The notes under the pieces are model-generated. The model searched no databases and was not told where the DNA came from. It worked only from the letters and a program-made list of their open reading frames with translations. This document shows, piece by piece, positions 57,193-64,000 of a DNA stretch of 64,000 nt. A program made the position numbers and the translations under genes. The DNA comes from Candidatus Acidiferrales bacterium (GTDB lineage Bacteria > Acidobacteriota > Terriglobia > Acidiferrales > UBA7541). How positions within the stretch are numbered: the stretch's first letter is position 1; each line of letters opens with the position of its first letter. The stretch spans positions 26,005 to 90,004 of the forward strand of contig JBOGNO010000006.1 of NCBI GenBank assembly GCA_050747245.1, written 5' to 3'.

Positions 57193-59024
57193 TCGTACTG
57201 CTCTTTGCGAGCGCCGTGTATCTCGCATGCATCGTTTCTCCGCCGTCGCTGATGGACGACGTGGATGCCGTGCAGGCGCAGATCGCGCGCAATATGCTGA
57301 CGTCGGGCGATTGGACGACGGCGCGTCTCGACGGCGTCGTCTATCTTGAAAAGCCACCGCTGATTTACTGGATGATCGCGGGATCGTACAAAATCTTCGG
57401 CGTCCACGATTGGTCCGCGCGAATTCCTGTGGCGCTCACGGCCATCGCGCTGTGCCTGATCGTCGCCGCGTTCGCTGCATGGGCGTTCGGTGAGCGCGCC
57501 GGCCTGTGCGCGGGACTGTGCATGTCCACTTGCATCGGACTGTTTCTTTTTACGCGGATTCTGATCCCCGACGTCATGTTGACCCTTACCGTGGCATTGG
57601 CCATGTGGGCGTTCCTGCGCGCGTTGGAAGAAAACGAGCCTCACTCACGATTGTGGGCCTTTGTCCTGGCCGCGTGTCTCGGCGCTGGGCTGCTCCTCAA
57701 GAGTTTGATCGGGGTATTGTTTCCGTTTGCTGCGGCGCTGGTTTATCTTCTTCTCACCCGGCAATTATTTGTTGCCCGCACCTGGAAACGCCTTCGACCC
57801 TTCAGCGGCGCGGCCGTCGCACTGCTCATCGCCGCGCCCTGGCATGTGCTCGCCACACTGCGCAATCCGCCGTACTTCGCATGGACACTTCACAGCGGCC
57901 CTGGCGAATATCACGGCTTCCTGTGGTTTTTCTTTATCAACGAGCAATTGCTGCGCTTTCTGAATCTCCGCTATCCGCACGATTACAACACCGTCCCGCG
58001 GCTTTATTTCTGGCTTTTTCATCTCCTGTGGCTGTTTCCGTGGAGCGTGTATCTCCCGGCGGTCGCGAAACTCTCCTTCAAGCCTGCCGATCGCGCCGGC
58101 CGCGCGCGGCTTCTGGCGCTCTGCTGGATTGGCTTTGTTCTGTTGTTCTTCACCTTCTCAACGACTCAGGAATACTATTCGATGCCGTGCTATCCGGCGT
58201 TTGCGCTGTTGCTGGGTTCGGCGATGGCCGCCGAGGGGAAATGGATCGGCCGCGGAACACGCGTCCTTTGCGCCATCTCCGCTTGTGTCTCGATCGTGTT
58301 GCTCGGGATTTTCTTCATGGTTCGTCACATTCCCGCACCGGGAGACATTTCGTCCGCGCTTTCGCATCATCCGGGCGCTTACACGCTTTCGCTCGGACAC
58401 ATGGAGGACCTCACTTTTCAATCCTTCGCCTATCTCCGCGTTCCATTAGCCGCCGCGGGGATTGCGTTCCTCCTCGGAGCCCTGGGAACTCTGCTCTGGC
58501 GTGGGCGGCGTGCCATTCTGGCAGCCGCGTTGATCATGGTGCTCTTCTTTCAAGCCACGCGTCTCGCCATGGTGGTATTCGACCCGTACATGTCGTCGCG
58601 TCCGCTGGGCGAAGCCCTGCTGCGCGCGCCCGCAGGCAAACTCATCGTCGACCATCATTACTACACGTATTCCTCCGTATTTTTCTATGCGGATTGCACG
58701 GCGCTACTCTTGAACGGACGTTTCAACACCTTCGCGTACGGCGCGTATGCGCCGGGAGTTCCTCCCGTCTTCATCAGCGACGGGGATTTTGCGAATCTTT
58801 GGCGACAGCCGCAACGCTGGTACATGGTTGCCGATCGCTCTGCCATTCCGCATTTTGAGACCCTCGTGGGAGCCTCCAGCCTGAATGTGGTCCTTGAGAG
58901 TGGCGGGAAAGTCTTGCTCACTAATCTGCCGTTGTCCGTGACCACCATGCAGCAACCGCCGTTTGTGCATAGAGGCGCTGTGTTCCTCGCCGATGTTTCG
59001 CCGGAGTTCCGTGCCGCTCGCTGA
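57120..59024 (+). CDS. GT39/ArnT-like (PMT_2) polyprenyl-phosphate-sugar-dependent glycosyltransferase
   Basis: The multi-TM protein has a periplasmic loop motif (DDVDAVQAQIARNM...YLEKPPLIYW) characteristic of the ArnT/PMT family. The chosen start overlaps the asnB-like end by 73 nt and is uncertain. Confidence 0.65.
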   Translation: MASANNAPLRAGSSGGGKRSYLYLIVLLFASAVYLACIVSPPSLMDDVDAVQAQIARNMLTSGDWTTARLDGVVYLEKPPLIYWMIAGSYKIFGVHDWSARIPVALTAIALCLIVAAFAAWAFGERAGLCAGLCMSTCIGLFLFTRILIPDVMLTLTVALAMWAFLRALEENEPHSRLWAFVLAACLGAGLLLKSLIGVLFPFAAALVYLLLTRQLFVARTWKRLRPFSGAAVALLIAAPWHVLATLRNPPYFAWTLHSGPGEYHGFLWFFFINEQLLRFLNLRYPHDYNTVPRLYFWLFHLLWLFPWSVYLPAVAKLSFKPADRAGRARLLALCWIGFVLLFFTFSTTQEYYSMPCYPAFALLLGSAMAAEGKWIGRGTRVLCAISACVSIVLLGIFFMVRHIPAPGDISSALSHHPGAYTLSLGHMEDLTFQSFAYLRVPLAAAGIAFLLGALGTLLWRGRRAILAAALIMVLFFQATRLAMVVFDPYMSSRPLGEALLRAPAGKLIVDHHYYTYSSVFFYADCTALLLNGRFNTFAYGAYAPGVPPVFISDGDFANLWRQPQRWYMVADRSAIPHFETLVGASSLNVVLESGGKVLLTNLPLSVTTMQQPPFVHRGAVFLADVSPEFRAAR

Positions 59025-60090
59025 TTCTCAAATTCCGCTCGCCGTCGTGCCATCCCAGCACCCGCTGCGCCGTCTCGTGCTGGCGATTCTCCGGATAGCC
59101 ATCGGCGCGGGGCTTCTGGTCTGGCTGGCGAAATCCGGGATCATCGATTTCCGCGAACTTTCAAAACTCTTCACGGCATGGCCCATCACCCTGGCCGCTG
59201 TGGCGTTGCTGCTATTCGATATCGCTTTCATGTCCTTGCGGCTCAGGTGGCTATTTCGCGTCCAGGATCTGCAGCTTTCGTTCGGGGATTCCGCGAAGCT
59301 GACGCTCATCAGTTTCTTCTTCGGGACGTTCTTGCCCGGAGCGGCGGGCGGCGACATCGCGAAAATCTTTTATGCCGTGCGCGGCAACGCGTCCCGGCGC
59401 ACGGAAATCATCACAGTCGCGCTCCTGGATCGTGCGTTTGGGCTGTTTTCCCTGCTCCTATTGCCGCTGATTTTCGCGCCGATGTTTCTGGACCTTCTTC
59501 GAGCCGTACCCGCGCTGCGCATTTTGCTATACCTAGTTGCGTGGCTTGCGCTCGCCATTTTGCTCGCCTTTTTTTTGTGTCTTTCGAATCGCCAGTCGGT
59601 GAAAAGCTTGCTCCACTACCTGTTGGGCATTATTCCGTGGAGGGCGCAGTCGGACCGAATGATGGAGACCATTCGCGCCTACCGGCGTTTTCCGGGAGTT
59701 CTTTTTGCCGCCCTCGCGGCCTCTCTTGCCGCGAATTTATTTCTCGTGGGAGTGACCGCGCTTGCGGTGATGCTCCTCGACCCTGCGGCGCTTTCCGCCG
59801 GGCTGTGCCTGGTGATTCCACTCGGACACGTCATCAACGCCGTGCCGCTTACGCCCGGTGGCCTTGGAGTGGGCGAGGCTGCTTTCAATGCGCTCTTTAA
59901 AATCGCCGGTCTCACCGGCGGCGCCGAGGTGCTGCTTTCCTGGCGCGTATGGAATACCCTGGTCAGCTTGTTTGGGTTGGGATTCTATGTTCGAGGACTG
60001 GGCGCTCCGTTTTCCATCGCGGCTCCGAGCAGAATGGCGAATCTTCGGGCGAAACACATGCACAGAGCGAAGCCGGCCGCCTGCCGATAG
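58993..60090 (+). CDS. lysylphosphatidylglycerol-synthase-TM-like (flippase-like) membrane protein
   Basis: It has about 8 TM helices and a FFGTFLPGAAGGD motif, similar to the TIGR00374/UPF0104 family. The start is uncertain (58963 or 58993). Confidence 0.55.
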   Translation: MFRRSSVPLADSQIPLAVVPSQHPLRRLVLAILRIAIGAGLLVWLAKSGIIDFRELSKLFTAWPITLAAVALLLFDIAFMSLRLRWLFRVQDLQLSFGDSAKLTLISFFFGTFLPGAAGGDIAKIFYAVRGNASRRTEIITVALLDRAFGLFSLLLLPLIFAPMFLDLLRAVPALRILLYLVAWLALAILLAFFLCLSNRQSVKSLLHYLLGIIPWRAQSDRMMETIRAYRRFPGVLFAALAASLAANLFLVGVTALAVMLLDPAALSAGLCLVIPLGHVINAVPLTPGGLGVGEAAFNALFKIAGLTGGAEVLLSWRVWNTLVSLFGLGFYVRGLGAPFSIAAPSRMANLRAKHMHRAKPAACR

Positions 60091-60239
60091 ACGAGCGCCG
60101 CCCCAAATGAGGACGCCCGGAAAAGTTTCGCAAGCGAGCGCGTTGGCCTTCGCCGGGTGGGCTGAAAAATCCCCCTTGCGTTCGATTGGCTATGGATGAA
60201 AAAATTATCACGGTTTTCGCGGCAAGAAATCGGCGCTAA

Positions 60240-61508
<1,269 letters not shown>

Positions 61509-61531
61509 ACTAATCGAGAGAACGAGTCGGA

Positions 61532-62719
61532 TTACTTCTGCGGTGTGCTCTGCGCGATCGGCACAAGTGCACCGTCGCGGATGTAATATTGGCCATCGCG
61601 CCAGCGGATGCTTCTGCGGAAGAAGCTCACGAGCCAAACTCCAAACGCCAGCGCGTCCCATAGGGGAATCAGCACGAATTTCCTCCACATGCCGCGCTGT
61701 TTCAGGATGCCGCTGCCGATCAGCCACGTCATGGCCATGCGGAGCACCATGTACGCGCCGAAATAGCCCGCCGCCACGGGCCACACCGGCAGCATCGCCA
61801 CCGCCGCCACCGACCACGCCAGGCCCTGCGTGAAGACCAATCCCACATGCCCCCACGGGCGCATGTGCCGCATCACCACCAGCCATCGCATGCGCTTGTG
61901 TACCAGGCCGCTGAACTCTTGAAAATCGGCTACGGTCAGAACCGTGTGCGGCAGTAGCACCACTTCGTAGCCCTGCTCGGCTATAAACCGTCCGACCAGC
62001 AAATCGTCCCCCGGTTTCTCCGCAATCGAATCGTAGCCGCCGAACGCAGCGAGGTGTTTCTTCGTCGTCCCAATCGAAGTTCCGAGAGCGAATTTCACTC
62101 CATCGAGTAGCCGCGCCACCAGGATGCCCGGATAAAAATCGGAGACCATTCCAATCGTCTGCAAGCGGTCCACAAACGTCTTTTCATCCGCTGGAGCATA
62201 TAAGCACGTCACCGCGCCTACTTTGGAATTAGCCAGCGGCGCGACCATCGTGCGCAAGTAATCGCGGGCCACGCGCACGTCGCTGTCGCTGATGACCAGG
62301 GTGTCGTACGCCGCCTCGCGCACGAGTCGCGCCAGCTTGAGCACTTTGTCGTTCGCGGCTTGCCGGTCCACACCGTAAAAGACGCGAATCCGCCGCTCGG
62401 GAAAATCGCGCTGCAGTTTTTCCACCACCGGCAGCACCGGGTCCGCGCGGTCTCCCACGCAGAATAAGATTTCGTATTCCGGATAATCTTGCTGACAGAA
62501 AGTCGCGAAATTCTCGTAGCAATCAGGGTCGAGGCCGCGAATTGGCTTCAGATTGCTGACCGGCGGCGTGAAATCAGAGTGGGAAGCCTGCAACGCGGCG
62601 GAATCGCGAATGAATCTCCATGAGCTGTACAGCACCAGCAAATAGTAGACGAAGGGGAATGTCGCGACCGCGAGAATTAAATACGTCAGCAGTTTCAAAT
62701 TCCCTGCACCTTTTGCCAA
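61532..62719 (-). CDS. GT2 glycosyltransferase of the GT21/ceramide-glucosyltransferase-like subgroup (HpnI/Pgt-like)
   Basis: An N-terminal TM is followed by a catalytic domain with DSD and HKRMRW (a Q/RxxRW-like motif) and C-terminal TM helices. Confidence 0.7.
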   Translation of the reverse strand: MAKGAGNLKLLTYLILAVATFPFVYYLLVLYSSWRFIRDSAALQASHSDFTPPVSNLKPIRGLDPDCYENFATFCQQDYPEYEILFCVGDRADPVLPVVEKLQRDFPERRIRVFYGVDRQAANDKVLKLARLVREAAYDTLVISDSDVRVARDYLRTMVAPLANSKVGAVTCLYAPADEKTFVDRLQTIGMVSDFYPGILVARLLDGVKFALGTSIGTTKKHLAAFGGYDSIAEKPGDDLLVGRFIAEQGYEVVLLPHTVLTVADFQEFSGLVHKRMRWLVVMRHMRPWGHVGLVFTQGLAWSVAAVAMLPVWPVAAGYFGAYMVLRMAMTWLIGSGILKQRGMWRKFVLIPLWDALAFGVWLVSFFRRSIRWRDGQYYIRDGALVPIAQSTPQK

Positions 62720-62930
62720 ACAGACAGCGTCGAAGAATAATTTCTATGTGGGAAGCGTGCGCCGGCCGGAATCCCCCCGGGCCAGCGTTCAGAGAATACC
62801 AAATTCATTTGCCGTTGGCTTTGAAGAAGACGGGCGCGATGTTCCTGGCGCGCCGCAAAAAACTCGGAGGCGGCACGTTACGTCCGCCGCCTCCGCTTGA
62901 AAATGTGACCGAATTGAGTGCGTTATCTTC

Positions 62931-63917
62931 CTAGTGTGTGCGTTTCACATTGTCGATCGCTAGATCGTTGATCTCCTGGTCGGGAAACCATCCCAGAAAA
63001 TTGAAACCGGCGGCCGCAAACGGCAGCGGCGCTCCGTTGGCGCACAGGCTTTCGGTCACCTGCGTTCCCATACAAGTTGGGTGCAGTTGCCAGCTACCCA
63101 CCACGGTGTTTCCGGGTATGGCCTCGATGGTCATGTCCACTTCGAGATTGCCGGATTTGTCCTTCCTGAAGATGTGCGTGAACCGGTACCACCCGGATGA
63201 CGAGATGCACACCTGCGGCGGGTTCGGCGGAGTCGGATTGTGCGCGTTCGCTCCTGTCCGCTGCGAATTTGTCGAAGCCTCGGCCACAAAAAAGCCGCCG
63301 CTTGCCGGCGCACAGGAATCTGTCGCCAGGCCGGTTGCCATGTTAAAAAGGTAGTCCTGAAGGAACACTCCCTGGCTGTCGAGCAGGTCGGAATCCCAGT
63401 CGAATCGAAAGTCCTTTCCTCCGGTCTCAGCGGTCGCTGCAAATGCCGTATCCAGATAGATGTCAATCGAAGTTTGCACTCCGTCCTTGTCGAGCGGGAT
63501 TCCCGTGTCAAAATTGCCGTCAAATCCTCCAAAGGGTAGGCCCCACTCTGTGAACGGCCCGCCGCAGCTGAAGTTGTTGGCGTTCAATACTCCCGGCGCG
63601 CAGGTTCCGATGAATTGATCGTTGTTGATGTTATTCACGGGCTGCACCAGCAGCCGCGCGTAGGCGTCTCCGCTCGCTGCCGCGATTCCCGGAGCATAAT
63701 CGGTCTCCGCCGTTGATTTCGATTGCCGTATATGCAGGACTCCCACGCCATCGTCAAAGAATAAGCCTCCCTTTTCGAATCCCTCGTTATATTCATCCGG
63801 TGCCTTCCCATTGTCAAAATCCGCCAGGACCTCCGGAATCGCCGCCAGTAAACAAATCACCGCGGCAGTGAATAATCCGGCGCCCAGGCCTCTCTTCATT
63901 GACCAGATTGTTTTCAT
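62931..63917 (-). CDS. hypothetical secreted protein
   Basis: A signal peptide (MKTIWSMKRGLGAGLFTAAVICLLAAIP) is followed by Gly/Asp/Asn-rich sequence. No family is recognised. Confidence 0.5.
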   Translation of the reverse strand: MKTIWSMKRGLGAGLFTAAVICLLAAIPEVLADFDNGKAPDEYNEGFEKGGLFFDDGVGVLHIRQSKSTAETDYAPGIAAASGDAYARLLVQPVNNINNDQFIGTCAPGVLNANNFSCGGPFTEWGLPFGGFDGNFDTGIPLDKDGVQTSIDIYLDTAFAATAETGGKDFRFDWDSDLLDSQGVFLQDYLFNMATGLATDSCAPASGGFFVAEASTNSQRTGANAHNPTPPNPPQVCISSSGWYRFTHIFRKDKSGNLEVDMTIEAIPGNTVVGSWQLHPTCMGTQVTESLCANGAPLPFAAAGFNFLGWFPDQEINDLAIDNVKRTH

Positions 63918-64000
63918 CTTGATTTTTCTCCTTTCTCATTTTCGAAAGCCGCCCGAGGGATCCTGCGGTGTGAGGCTGCTACGCGTGAGCGGCTGGGCCG

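Overview
High-GC chromosomal window with no CRISPR arrays, transposases or phage genes. The gene content suggests an Acidobacteria-like genome: a PadR regulator followed by two ADOP-type duplicated FtsX permeases, a Ser/Thr kinase fused to a TolB-like propeller, many secreted hypothetical proteins, and a TonB-dependent receptor followed by a DUF4154/YfiR-like protein and a hybrid histidine kinase. About 60 protein-coding genes and two tRNAs are called.

The most unusual feature is at 1155-2219 on the minus strand. Two ORFs from the track sit in the same frame, separated by a single TGA. Read through, they give one secreted protein with a TlpA/ResA-like redoxin domain carrying a U-P-F-C motif, where U replaces the first Cys of CxxC, fused to a C-terminal DsbD-alpha-like domain with a YQACDKKVCYLP motif. 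A stem-loop with GU in the apical loop lies 15 nt downstream of the UGA, consistent with a bacterial SECIS element. This looks like a previously uncharacterised periplasmic selenoprotein. Its start overlaps by 4 nt the stop of a DUF1223 gene that encodes a secreted CxxC protein.

Other observations, in window order:
- A TonB-dependent receptor, a YfiR-like protein and a hybrid histidine kinase form a signalling cluster.
- Two paralogous, internally duplicated secreted proteins of unknown family lie 35 kb apart (16442 and 51220).
- A COMT-type O-methyltransferase is frameshifted at a G4 homopolymer.
- An ECF sigma factor overlaps by 8 nt a downstream protein with two VOC domains.
- An AT-rich repeat-bearing divergent regulatory region sits at 37.9-38.5 kb.
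- A 23-codon micro-ORF bridges the kinase and a dehydrogenase through two ATGA overlaps.
- A lone nuoB-like gene has no other complex I genes nearby.
- Two membrane-lipid remodelling clusters are present: PAP2/PHP/MGDG-synthase-like at 17.4-20.2 kb, and AsnB/GT39/flippase-like/SqdB/GT21-like at 55.2-62.7 kb.
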